Of a stretch of 64,000 nucleotides of DNA, positions 9,365 to 19,800 are shown one piece after another. Location: positions 10,664-74,663 of the IMG/VR virus record IMGVR_UViG_3300001097_000004. One strand, written 5' to 3'. The position numbers and the translations under genes are program-made. The notes beneath the pieces were generated by a model. The model worked only from the letters and a program-made list of their open reading frames with translations. It did no database searches and had not been told where the DNA came from. Every line of letters starts with the position of its first letter. Position 1 is the first letter of the stretch. This stretch comes from a virus.

Positions 9365-11413
9365 TTAGTAGTCAACCGAGGTGGCGAGCGCTGCAGCTGC
9401 ACCGCTGACCGTGATGGTCGAGGTGACAGCAAGCGATTCGATTCCTACGAAGGCTACGCCCTCGAAGGTCTCAATGAACATCTTGTAGTCGTTGGTGGAG
9501 ACGAGACCGGAGTCACGAACCACACCAATGTCAAGAGTTCCACCATCAAGGAACAAGAATGTTCCTTCGGAGAACAAGTACCACTCGAAGGTGTTAGCGA
9601 ACTCCTCCATGGCCCCTGTGCCCTGTGCGCCGAACACGTTCTGGTCGTAAGACTCAGTAAGTGTTACATTCAGCTTGGCGAGCATTCCGTGAATCTCAGC
9701 CTTACCTACGGACAAGTTGTCGTCCCCAGGCATGTTGAGAGTCAAGTCAGCAGCCATGGCCTCAGTTACCCACATGGGGATGATGGCCTGGAGCTGTGTA
9801 TCAGGAGCGATACGGTGACGGCTACGGTATGCAGCAGATGCACGACGAACCTGAACCAGGAAGTCACGAGCAACACCAATGGTGCTGGTCGAAGTTACCT
9901 GGGTGGAATTCGAGTCAATCTTGGCGAGAAGAGTCTGCTCAGCGAGACGAGCGTGCTGGATTAGAGCAAGTTCGTTGTGACGAGCAACTAGCTCTGGGTA
10001 GGCACGGCTCAGAAGGTTACCGATCTTGAGCTGTAGAGTGATAGCGTCAGTTGTGGCGCTAACTTCTGATGCTCCAGTGACAGTCAAGGAGTCCTTGAGC
10101 GTGTCACCAGTACCGGTGTTACCAGCTGCGGTAACATCATTTGCCGGAGTCCACACGCCAACTGCGCCTGTGTAAGCAGACAGCTGCGGTGGTGTCACGA
10201 AGCGGATACCGCCACGGTTAGCCTGGAACTTAGGCAGGGAGTCCTTTACGGGACGTGCGTCGGTTCCGAATCCGAAGATGTCGTACTGCACTGCTTCCGG
10301 GGTTCCCCATCCACCGGAAGCGACAAGTGCGCCGTTTTCCTTGGAGTGAGATACCTTACCTGAGTTCTCCTCGGCTGTACCATCTAGGGTAAGAGCCTCT
10401 GAGTATGGGCGGTTAAGCGAGGCCACAATGACCTGCTCACCATCTCCACCGTTTACACGGCGAAGACTGTGAATGCGGTCTGCCATGTAATTGGCTACCT
10501 CACTCATGGACGGGATTGCCTGACCTGCACCTACACCCGGAAGGTCGGCTCCAGCAGTGATTGCCACTACGGGGGCTTCTGGTTCCTGAGTGACAGGGCG
10601 ACGGTCAGCTGGAGCCTCTACGATAGGGGTCTCGCCTGCTGTTGCGGTCACTGTTTGTGCCTCTTCCTGAGCCACTGGCTCATCGGTTGTTGTTTCTTCT
10701 TCGGTGTTTGAAGCTTCTGCTTCAGGTGCAGCTTCGGCAGATGCCTCGGCAGCTTTCTTCTTCTTCTTTGCTACTTCTTCTTCTTCTTCTTCTTCATCCT
10801 CTTCGTCGGCCTCGGCATCGTCTGCCTTGCCCTTCTTATCGAATGGGTTTACGCCCTTGGCGGCTGCCTCGGTGTCTGTAGCGGTTTCTTCCTCTGCTAC
10901 CTCTTCTGCGGCGGCTTCAGTCTCAACGACTGTCTCCTCCTCAGCGGCTACATCTTCAGTAGCCACTTCTTCGATTGCAGCCTCAGCCTCAGCGGGTGCC
11001 TCGGTTGCGGCCTCCTCTACAGAAGCTTCGGTTTCATTGGATAGTTCCGGTGTGTCTGTCTCGTCCGAGACGGCGGTTTCCTCTACCTCAGTTGTCGCAG
11101 ATGCTTCAATGGACTCTTCGACCACTGCGTCAGCAGTAGCTTCAGGTGCTTCTTCTGCATCGCCACGTACACGGGATGAAAGCTCGGCCTTGCGGGCACT
11201 TAGCTCTTCGGCAGCAGCCTCACGGCGTGCCACCTCTCCTCGTACTGTGTCGAGTGCGTCTGCAAGCGCAGTCATTGAGTCCACGGACTGAGATGTGAGG
11301 GAATCAGCGTTGTCGAACGTATCGAACTCACTGACAATGTTGGACTCAAGCTCACCGAGTTCTTCGGATGAAAGCTCAGGCAAATTGTCTAGCTGTGAAT
11401 TGATGGTGTCCAC
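9365..11413 (-). CDS. Major capsid protein (hexamer-type) with long acidic N-terminal scaffold-like region
   Basis: ITAGADLPG, ALVASGGW, RPVKDSLPKFQANRGGIRF, FLFLDGGTLDIGVVRDS..NDY..F.ETFE motifs. Confidence 0.9.
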   Translation of the reverse strand: MDTINSQLDNLPELSSEELGELESNIVSEFDTFDNADSLTSQSVDSMTALADALDTVRGEVARREAAAEELSARKAELSSRVRGDAEEAPEATADAVVEESIEASATTEVEETAVSDETDTPELSNETEASVEEAATEAPAEAEAAIEEVATEDVAAEEETVVETEAAAEEVAEEETATDTEAAAKGVNPFDKKGKADDAEADEEDEEEEEEEVAKKKKKAAEASAEAAPEAEASNTEEETTTDEPVAQEEAQTVTATAGETPIVEAPADRRPVTQEPEAPVVAITAGADLPGVGAGQAIPSMSEVANYMADRIHSLRRVNGGDGEQVIVASLNRPYSEALTLDGTAEENSGKVSHSKENGALVASGGWGTPEAVQYDIFGFGTDARPVKDSLPKFQANRGGIRFVTPPQLSAYTGAVGVWTPANDVTAAGNTGTGDTLKDSLTVTGASEVSATTDAITLQLKIGNLLSRAYPELVARHNELALIQHARLAEQTLLAKIDSNSTQVTSTSTIGVARDFLVQVRRASAAYRSRHRIAPDTQLQAIIPMWVTEAMAADLTLNMPGDDNLSVGKAEIHGMLAKLNVTLTESYDQNVFGAQGTGAMEEFANTFEWYLFSEGTFLFLDGGTLDIGVVRDSGLVSTNDYKMFIETFEGVAFVGIESLAVTSTITVSGAAAALATSVDY

Positions 11414-11570
11414 TTGTACCTCCTCCAGGCCATAGTGACGATCAAACCATTTGGTCGTCTTAGTGGTGATTTCTGGGGTAAGGGACTTTATACGCGCTGA
11501 GGGCGTTTAGGCGCTGACCTGTTCTACTATTATGGCACATGATCTAATAGTTCATGTGTTGTACTCTAGA

Positions 11571-14500
11571 TTATGTAAGCAATCTTAAGAGTTTGTTCAT
11601 CTGGGATGAAATTTCAGACTGACTGAATAGGTCTGCACCTGTCTTGAATGCCTCTAGCTCCGCAACAGCAGGTTCAGCATCCTCCGCACCGATCTTTTTA
11701 GTGACACGAACAATGAAGTCATCAATCAGGTCCCGCAATACGGGCGGTAGGTCGGAGAAGCGGACCTTCTCGGCCTCTTCACCAAACGGTAGAGGCAGAT
11801 TGGCGAGAACCTTGCCGAGGTCGGTAGTAGCACTTCGAACATTTGCAAGAGCATCAGAGTTCAGGGCCCCGGTGTCTAGTCGATTAAGTGTTTCAATAAG
11901 GTCCAAACCGCTCTTCACGGACCCCGCGTAGTCGCCCACGCCCTCGTAGCCCTCTGTCTCCTTGAGCTTGTCGATAACGCTCTGGTTGCTAGATGTACCC
12001 AGATTGTCTTTGATACGCGCAAGAACTAGTCGAAACTGGCCCTGATCGTCCCGGGGCTGATTCTTCGGGGTATACTTCTCACGGTTCTCTTCAGCATCTG
12101 GGGTGTCCTCGGGGTCCTCAGGGGCGCTCTGCCCGCGAGCCTCTAACAGTTCACGAATCTTGCGCTCTTCGATTTCCTTGGTAGTAGAGGCAAACTCAGT
12201 TGTGCGAGCAATACGCTCACGAAGTTCGTTTACGCTGTTGGTGTCGGTTCCGTTGGCGGAGCTACGAAAGGAAGCATTGGGCAATTCTTGTCCCTCTGCT
12301 GCCGCCTCCCTACGAGACTTTGCAGAGACGTACCCGAACTCTGACATGCGGTCCAAAACTGCTTCGGTGCGTGCGGAAAGCTCTGCATCACGTGCAGCGC
12401 GAGCCCCGGTCATCCGTTCACGAGCTGCGGAGGCCTGAAGGCTTAGTTCCTTGTTAGAAAACTGCTCCAACTTCTCTAGGCGGGCCGATAGCTCGTCAAG
12501 CGGGTCTTCTTTCAACTTAGCTAGGGACATGGCACCTGCAGCAACAAGGGACATAATCTGGCCCGAGGCAACAAGTGTCCTGGCGATGGGGAAGCCGGGA
12601 ACGTTGACTTGGCAGACAGCCACAAGTTCCAGCTTGCCGCGAATCGGTCGCCAGTCTCCTGAGGGAGCTGAGGCGCGAAGTGCTCGAATCTGTTCCGGAG
12701 AGGTTCCGGGGCGCACGGCACCGGCCACCCAGATGCCGTAAGCGTCTTCTCCAGCGTGAATATCCGCGACACTTGAGGCTGTGTCGTCGTAGTGACGGGC
12801 GGCCTCCCGAGCTGAGGCTGACATTCCGGCGTGGCCTCCAGCTAGTGTCAGCTGGCCCACGGGAACGTCTTCTCCCTCTTCGGTGCGAACAACTCCTGAG
12901 TGGAAGTATGCGTAGTTACTTGGAGAGTGGGGAGGGTTGGTCTTGAACTCACGACCAATGTGGTTGCTGTCCCATGCGGCGATATGTCCGAAGACCTTGC
13001 CATCGTCTGTGACGGTGAGAGGTGTGGGAGCACTAAGACTCGGGTTGGTGAACCACTCCTGCGGAGGAGTAATTGGGATCGCGTTAGCAATGAAGGCGCA
13101 CGCGACTAGCGCTTCCTCTTCACGTGGGTCGTTGCCGTCCACGTAGATTCCATCTGGAATCATGTTGTCCTCCTGTAGTACCGCTTCCGGGACGAGTTGA
13201 ATTGTGGCTTCTTGGAATGCAGGCTTAGCTACTATTGTAACAGCCATAACGCGACTCTGACTGATTGTCATCTTGCGTTGTCTGATGGACTTAACGTCCT
13301 CTTCCTCGGCTGCAGCCTCTTCAGGCTCCTCATCAGCCTCGAAATTGTCCATATCTGCGGAGACGAAACGGAGCATCCCGTTACGGACCATGCGTTCAGC
13401 TTCTGCTCCGTACACCCCAACATCAAAGTGGCCGTAGCCGCCTCCAATTCCTAGGGGTGTGCGACCTAGACGTTCGATCAGCCCCACGACTACTGAGCCT
13501 TTATGCCCATCGTCTGTCTTGATCTGCCAGAGCAACGAGATAGGCAAGTTTCGAATCGTGGCTGCATACTTATCCACCAGACGACCGTCTCCAGAAGAGA
13601 TGCCCTCCGGGAGAGCTAGCGGGATAAAGAATGCGGCACCGAGTGGATTCAGTGAGGGAATAACGCTGGCTGCAGCCGTCAACCCCTTTGGAGTAGAAGT
13701 GTCGTAGATGTTGTATTTTGGCTCACCAGAAGCGGTAAGACCGCGCATACGCAGTCTAGCCATTTCGCCACGGGTGCGGTCCACAGATGCAGTGAGGGCT
13801 TCCTCATAGTCTAGAATCAGGTCATCAGAGAATTCTGTCTCTCCTGATAGGGCAGAGAACATCTCGCGGTGCTTCTTGTCACCGGTCCACATGCCTGTGA
13901 CCTCGTGGTGACGTAAGGAACAATATCCTTTGGCGCGAGGCCCCATATACTTGCTCAGGTTGGCAACACAACGGGTCCAGTCTCCTGGAGTCCCCCACAC
14001 AATTTTGAGAGCCCCTGGGCCTTTAGTCCAGTAGTGGCGTAGCTTTTCAGCCCCGCCTCGATTTCGGTCCAGGCCTCCGTCTGCAGTGACTGCTGCGTCC
14101 ATGATGTCTTTGCGCGGACCCCAGAGGACCATAAGCCCATGGTCGTAGGCAGAGGCGGCTACCGGCTCTTCCGGAGCCTCAACCTCTTCTGCGGGTTCGG
14201 AATCTGTGTCTCCCTCAAACCCCGGAGCTGGAGATTCACCAAGATATTGACTTTCTTTGGTCTTAGTCTTGCTCTGTTCCTGGGCGCTGTCAACCTGTAC
14301 GAGAACATCGTTGAGCGCATCATCGGTGAGCGGAATAACGGGTGGAGGTGTTGCGGAGGTCAGAGTATTCATGACTTGTTCGTCTTGGACCCACTTCCCT
14401 GAGTCACGCTTATATGCTACGGGCTGGGTGCTTGAGGCAGTAGCCGGTACAAGGCTGATGAGCTTGAGTACGGCACGGGGGTCATCTGGAGCAACTACAG

Positions 14501-16214
14501 CAAGGTAGACAGGTTCAACATCAGAGGACTGAGGGGTGAGAGACCCGTCTGTGCCTTCCTCTGCGGGAGCGCTCTCAGAGTCAACAGCATCCATCGGAGC
14601 AGCCTGTACAGCATCCTCTACTTCATCACTTGCGGCGGTGATCGGCTGATACCAGAGCTTGTTGGATTGGTTTCCCTTTGAGTTCTTTCTCTTCAGCCAC
14701 TCGCTAATTAGGGAGTTGCTGTAGGCATCGGTAGTAAGCGTCTTACCTACAGTGTTCTCAAGCGCTCGTCCGGATGCCCCCTTATCGAGACTATCCTTCT
14801 TGAGGACTCCTCGGGCTCCTGGAGACGCTGCAGGCTTGAAACTCTCTCGCTGGGCCTTAACCCACGCGGGGAAGTTGTTGATAACACCGTGCAAGTCTTT
14901 GGCAGTCATCTGAGGGAGAGTGCCCGGAATCTGGGCCACGTCTCTGTTGACTGGGGTGCGCGGCTCTGCAAGAATTCCGCTGAAGTCTACGCGAGGAATA
15001 TCTTCGGTCTCGCCTGGAATCTGGGCCACAAATTGAGGTGATACTCCCGTAATCTGGTTCCCCAGAATAGTCTGAACACCGCCGCTGTCCATACGGACAT
15101 CAATAGTTCCGTTCTGGTTTACGCGGTCGATCTTACCGGCCTGGGATGGGTCATCGTTGACGATGACTCGCCCACCCTGCTTGGCAAACAGGCCCTTAGA
15201 GTCTCGCACCTGTTTGGAGGCATTAGCGGAGCGCTCGTCCTCAGTGTAGACCCCATCTCCAGGTGTCCCGGCTGTAGCGACCACAGAGTCAACGAGTTCC
15301 CAGTCCTCAGACTGGATAGCTCCGCGAACAAGGCGAGACTCCCCTAGGTCTAGGTCGTCGGCCCATACGGGATCAAACGGATTAACGACAAGCAGCTCTG
15401 CGATTTGAATAGCAGACTCAGCATCTACGACGAGGTGACTGTAGCCGGAAGTGCTGGAGGCCGGGCCGTCTAGGGCGTTGTCGATGCTCCAAATGGTGGG
15501 GGTCTGCAGATTGAGGGAAGTCCAGAGAGTGTCATCCCAGACGTAAGTACTGTGGTCAATATCGATCTTGTAGAGGCGGTCGATTGCGCCATCCTCTAGG
15601 TCAAGACGGATAATGAATTCGGGTGAGGCCTCAGGATTCTCCTCTAGAATCTCACTGACCTCCTGCCAATCCGGGGCGTGCTGGACAATGCTGGCGGGCT
15701 CGCGGTCCACGATTGTGGTGGCCCAGCGGCGTGCTGCATCTCCACCGTATAGGCGCTGTGCAACCTCACCACTTGTAGGGGAGCCATCGGCGGTTAGTCC
15801 CACCTTGTCGTCAGCGTGACGTTTGAAGAAGTCTACAATGTTGCTTAGATGTGCAAAGTCAATCTGGGCCTCAGTAGCCAGAGTTCTCGCAGTCAGGAGT
15901 GCAACGGAAGAGCCACCAACGGGGCGAGCCGCGAAGCTCTCTAGACCTAGTCGTGCAGCGTTGCGAACCCCACGAGGAATTGTATACATACGAGGGGTCG
16001 CCTGGGGCTCAGCGAATGCGAATGCGGACAGACCTGCCTCAGCAGAAACCTCGTCCGTTTGAGTAAACTCACCAGCTTCCCAGGTACGTGACGCTTCTAG
16101 CGTTGATGATGTGCCCGAGGCCACTACTACGGATACTCGGGAATCTACGACCACACCGCTATCGCCTTCTGTAAACAAAAGATGATAGCCAGATCGTCCA
16201 ATGAAACTAGCCAT
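11571..16214 (-). CDS. Capsid maturation protease, large multi-domain fusion
   Basis: EG..SGDGR, GH.GSVVVG.I, AVTIVAKPAFQEA, TPLTVTDDGKVFGHIAAW, SGDWR..LEL motifs; upstream of the capsid gene. Confidence 0.85.
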   Translation of the reverse strand: MASFIGRSGYHLLFTEGDSGVVVDSRVSVVVASGTSSTLEASRTWEAGEFTQTDEVSAEAGLSAFAFAEPQATPRMYTIPRGVRNAARLGLESFAARPVGGSSVALLTARTLATEAQIDFAHLSNIVDFFKRHADDKVGLTADGSPTSGEVAQRLYGGDAARRWATTIVDREPASIVQHAPDWQEVSEILEENPEASPEFIIRLDLEDGAIDRLYKIDIDHSTYVWDDTLWTSLNLQTPTIWSIDNALDGPASSTSGYSHLVVDAESAIQIAELLVVNPFDPVWADDLDLGESRLVRGAIQSEDWELVDSVVATAGTPGDGVYTEDERSANASKQVRDSKGLFAKQGGRVIVNDDPSQAGKIDRVNQNGTIDVRMDSGGVQTILGNQITGVSPQFVAQIPGETEDIPRVDFSGILAEPRTPVNRDVAQIPGTLPQMTAKDLHGVINNFPAWVKAQRESFKPAASPGARGVLKKDSLDKGASGRALENTVGKTLTTDAYSNSLISEWLKRKNSKGNQSNKLWYQPITAASDEVEDAVQAAPMDAVDSESAPAEEGTDGSLTPQSSDVEPVYLAVVAPDDPRAVLKLISLVPATASSTQPVAYKRDSGKWVQDEQVMNTLTSATPPPVIPLTDDALNDVLVQVDSAQEQSKTKTKESQYLGESPAPGFEGDTDSEPAEEVEAPEEPVAASAYDHGLMVLWGPRKDIMDAAVTADGGLDRNRGGAEKLRHYWTKGPGALKIVWGTPGDWTRCVANLSKYMGPRAKGYCSLRHHEVTGMWTGDKKHREMFSALSGETEFSDDLILDYEEALTASVDRTRGEMARLRMRGLTASGEPKYNIYDTSTPKGLTAAASVIPSLNPLGAAFFIPLALPEGISSGDGRLVDKYAATIRNLPISLLWQIKTDDGHKGSVVVGLIERLGRTPLGIGGGYGHFDVGVYGAEAERMVRNGMLRFVSADMDNFEADEEPEEAAAEEEDVKSIRQRKMTISQSRVMAVTIVAKPAFQEATIQLVPEAVLQEDNMIPDGIYVDGNDPREEEALVACAFIANAIPITPPQEWFTNPSLSAPTPLTVTDDGKVFGHIAAWDSNHIGREFKTNPPHSPSNYAYFHSGVVRTEEGEDVPVGQLTLAGGHAGMSASAREAARHYDDTASSVADIHAGEDAYGIWVAGAVRPGTSPEQIRALRASAPSGDWRPIRGKLELVAVCQVNVPGFPIARTLVASGQIMSLVAAGAMSLAKLKEDPLDELSARLEKLEQFSNKELSLQASAARERMTGARAARDAELSARTEAVLDRMSEFGYVSAKSRREAAAEGQELPNASFRSSANGTDTNSVNELRERIARTTEFASTTKEIEERKIRELLEARGQSAPEDPEDTPDAEENREKYTPKNQPRDDQGQFRLVLARIKDNLGTSSNQSVIDKLKETEGYEGVGDYAGSVKSGLDLIETLNRLDTGALNSDALANVRSATTDLGKVLANLPLPFGEEAEKVRFSDLPPVLRDLIDDFIVRVTKKIGAEDAEPAVAELEAFKTGADLFSQSEISSQMNKLLRLLT

Positions 16215-16226
16215 TAAGTTGTTACT

Positions 16227-16841
16227 CTATTCGTCGGAATTGTTGTCTGACTCGGAGTCTTCCGTGTCAGGCTCAGCGGACTCGTACTGCTCTGCATCTG
16301 ATACTGTGACAAAATTCTTGTCGTACTGCTCGATAAAGGCTTGGGCCTTCTCGGGGTCGATAAAGATTGCTTCCATGTCTTGGTGAGTCTCATCAGTTGG
16401 GGAGAGGCCAACCCAGTCTCCATCGGTACGGACATAACGTCCGGAGTCGTTGGCGTAGACAAGTCCTACGATGTAAGCTGAGTCTCCCAGCGCGTAAGCC
16501 ACAAGGCTCTCGGGGTGATTAATTTTGTCTCCTTCTTTTGCAAGGCTTCGTAGGGCTTCTACTGGCAAGTCAGTTTTGAATGACGACAACCAGAGTCCGT
16601 CAGGCTCCCGAAAAAGGCGAACCCTGTAGGTGGTGTCTGCGGACTTAAACTCTAGTCTAGCAGTTTTTTGGTCTACTGTTATATCATGAGCCTTAAATGA
16701 CTCGTCTGGGCCGGTCACCGCACTGACGGTCACCGAGGTCTTCCCGACGAGCGTCACCTTCAAGGTTACTACAGGTTGGGCCCCTTCGGAGGTTAAGACC
16801 CCTAGTCCTGTGAACAGGGGGTACGTGTTAGCTTTTACCAT
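16227..16841 (-). CDS. Hypothetical head-region protein
   Basis: 204-aa ORF overlapping the end of the giant ORF, co-oriented. Confidence 0.75.
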   Translation of the reverse strand: MVKANTYPLFTGLGVLTSEGAQPVVTLKVTLVGKTSVTVSAVTGPDESFKAHDITVDQKTARLEFKSADTTYRVRLFREPDGLWLSSFKTDLPVEALRSLAKEGDKINHPESLVAYALGDSAYIVGLVYANDSGRYVRTDGDWVGLSPTDETHQDMEAIFIDPEKAQAFIEQYDKNFVTVSDAEQYESAEPDTEDSESDNNSDE

Positions 16842-19800
16842 AGTCCTGGCTCCTCGTCATCATCTTCTAGCAACTCGTTCGAGTCAATGACCTGTGGCCC
16901 CTTGTTTACAGAGTTGATAAGACCGTTTAGTCTGAACATAATAGTACCATACCAAGCGGTCTGATCCATGTCCACAAAGTCTGGGAACACTGCCTGCAGC
17001 TTGCCTTTGACCATCAGTAGCTCGGCAGAGGTCATGTTGCCCCTGCCTGCACGAAGGTCGGCTAAGAGCCGGTCCGTGTACGGCGACTGCCAGACATTTT
17101 TCTGGAATTCCGGCTCAAGAGATAGAAGTCCGTGATCGATAGGTACGTGCTTGCCTTCGGGGGTGATCATCATGTTTCCAAGGTTCTGGTCGCGGTCTGG
17201 GTTTCCAATGAGGAAGTCCAATAGACCAATCTTTGGCATGTTCTCATGTCCGGGTTCCCAGAAGCTCTTATCGATATCCTTGTACCACAAACTAATGCTG
17301 GCACCCTCGTCAGCATCGCGGTTGCCGGTCCGGGGGACACTGTAGTGCTGGGCTGCAGCCTTTCCGGGGATTGTTGTGCTAGCAACAGTCACACCATCGG
17401 GAAGCATAGACATGGTCACATCGTCAATGCCTACGGCACGCATGACACGGTTGGCGGCAAGTTCTGCCTGCCCCATACCAACCTTGCTGGCACCTCTGGC
17501 ACGCTTGACGAACAGCTTCTGGCCGTCCGCAGTCTTCACGAAGGCCCCAAGTTCGTGGAGTGCACCCTGCTCAGGCGCGGGACCATCGGGGGTGCTGCCT
17601 TCAAGAAGACTGGCGATCTGAGCAGCAGATTCGGATTTGATGTTCTCGTAGAAGTGTGGCTCATCAGCCACCAGGGTAGGCGAGTCATCGCCACCTCGGT
17701 GCCTACGACGAGCATTAGCCTCAACCTGTGCACGACTTGGGGTCGCTGCAAAGTAGGTCTCATTGGCCTTGGAAGGCACAATGACATTGAACTGCTGATC
17801 CTTGTCCGGAGAGTAGTCGAAGATTTCTCCTGTGTTCCGGAGAACCCCGTCAACAGAGATTGGAGCACCGTAGGGGTCTTCTGCGTCCAAGAGACGTACC
17901 CTTATGGTTCCATCATCCTTGCGGCCTAGAGTTTGGAGGTATCCAAGCCCACGCAGAGGAATGATATCCCCGACTTCCATGTCACGGACGAGCTTGTATC
18001 GACGTTCGAACTGGTCGGTACTACGACCGATCTTTTCAAGCTTGTTGACCTCAGCAATGTCCGGGAAAGATACAGCTTCCCCACCATAATCCACACCGCT
18101 ACGTAGGTCTGCAAGGTCCTGCTCGGAGCGACCCTCCACTAGGTTCAATGTTTCAGTAGAGATACCGAACTGAGCGAAGAGGGCAGCTAGCGGAGACTCA
18201 TTCTCTCTAGTCTGTGCCTCCTCTTCGATGTCAGAGATTGTCCTGATCATATCTTCAACGTCGGCCTGGGTGGCATCCAGATCACCCAACACACCTTGAG
18301 CCATGTCAAAGTCTGCACGAGTGAGACGCTTGTCGTCTAGTAGACGACGCAGAGTATCAATCTGGGCGTTAGTGGCCGGAGCCGCCGGGTCAATAACATC
18401 ATCGAACTCGGAGAGGTCCATGTCCTCGAATGCTGTGAGGGTTTCTGGTCCAAGGTCGCGCTCTTTGATTGTCTGGGAGCCATCCTCTCCGGCGCTGGCG
18501 GTCGTGACCTGAGTGCGGTCGTTGTCCTTACGCTGGATTCGGATTACAGTCTCGTACTGAACGTTGTTGCCTTTGTCTAGCGTGGTGATGTGGTCCCCGG
18601 GAGCTAGCTCAGAAGCTCTTGCAGACTTCGGCTCAGCGTTCTCAACACGAATGGCAGCATCACGGCTATCGGACGGAACGTTGGCCCCTTCAAATCCTTC
18701 GATTTCAGTCTTGCCCGTTGCAGGATTCAACTCAGCCTTAGCCTTCGTAGGTGCGGCCTTCTTCGGACGAGCAACAGTCTTGTCGCCAGTCTCCGGAACA
18801 CCGAATCCGTTAGCCTCCATGAGATCATGGTCGATCACACGGGTGGGCGGGAAGAACGGCTCAGACTCAGGAGCGTCCGGTCCACTGACCTTCTGCAGAC
18901 CGGAGCCTACGTGAGGAATCGAGCGTGACTCAGGGTTTCTAAGTCCGTTCTCGGTGTTCTTCTCGATGAAGGTGGAAAGCGTGGTGTCACCATAACCATA
19001 TCCGGCAGGGTTCAGAGCCTCATAGAGCAAGTGGTCAACCTGGCCACGATATACGCGTCCGTAGTTCGGGTTAGGCTCGGTCACAACTTTAGGCTTGCCT
19101 GTAGTCACGTTATAGACAAGGTTTCCGTCTTCATCCCGTAGAGGAATGTTGTTTCCATCTGCATCCTTAACCGGGCGAGTCTTGCTGTTGTCAGTCCAAT
19201 CAACCCAGTCTCCGGCGTGCAACTTTGTACCGTCGAAAGAGATGTGAGAAGGCTTATCGGCCTTACCGGGGTTGAGCTTGTAGTTAGCTTCTGCCTTCTG
19301 TCGGCGCTTAACTGCAGAGAAAACCTTCGCAATCATCTTGGGGTCGAGGCTGCTCTTGGCACCGATAGCCTTGAGAGCCTTGAGATTTGTTACCTCAGGG
19401 TTGTCCATGAGCATCTGAACAATGGCTCCGATAGCCTGTGAGTCAGCCTCGTGAACGGACTTCGGAAGGTCTGTCCCAGAAATCAGCTCATCAGCGGCGC
19501 TGTCCGGAAGGACCCCATCCGTGCCTAGATAGTCCTTCTTGACGTAACGCTGCTTCTTGAAGAACGCTTCGGGGTCTCCGATGCCGGACATGCCCTTCTT
19601 GATGTAGTTCAAGGACTTGAATACTGCCTTGGGGGAGTGCTGACCATTCTCACGCAGACGTGTAGCGGTCACCTCTCCAGTCTTGAGGTCCGTGGCAGTT
19701 ATGTAGGTGAAGAACTGATTGCTGCTGGTACGACGAATGGTCGTATCGTAGCGCTTTTCACCGAATTCACGGGACTGAACAATCATATCACCATTATCCT

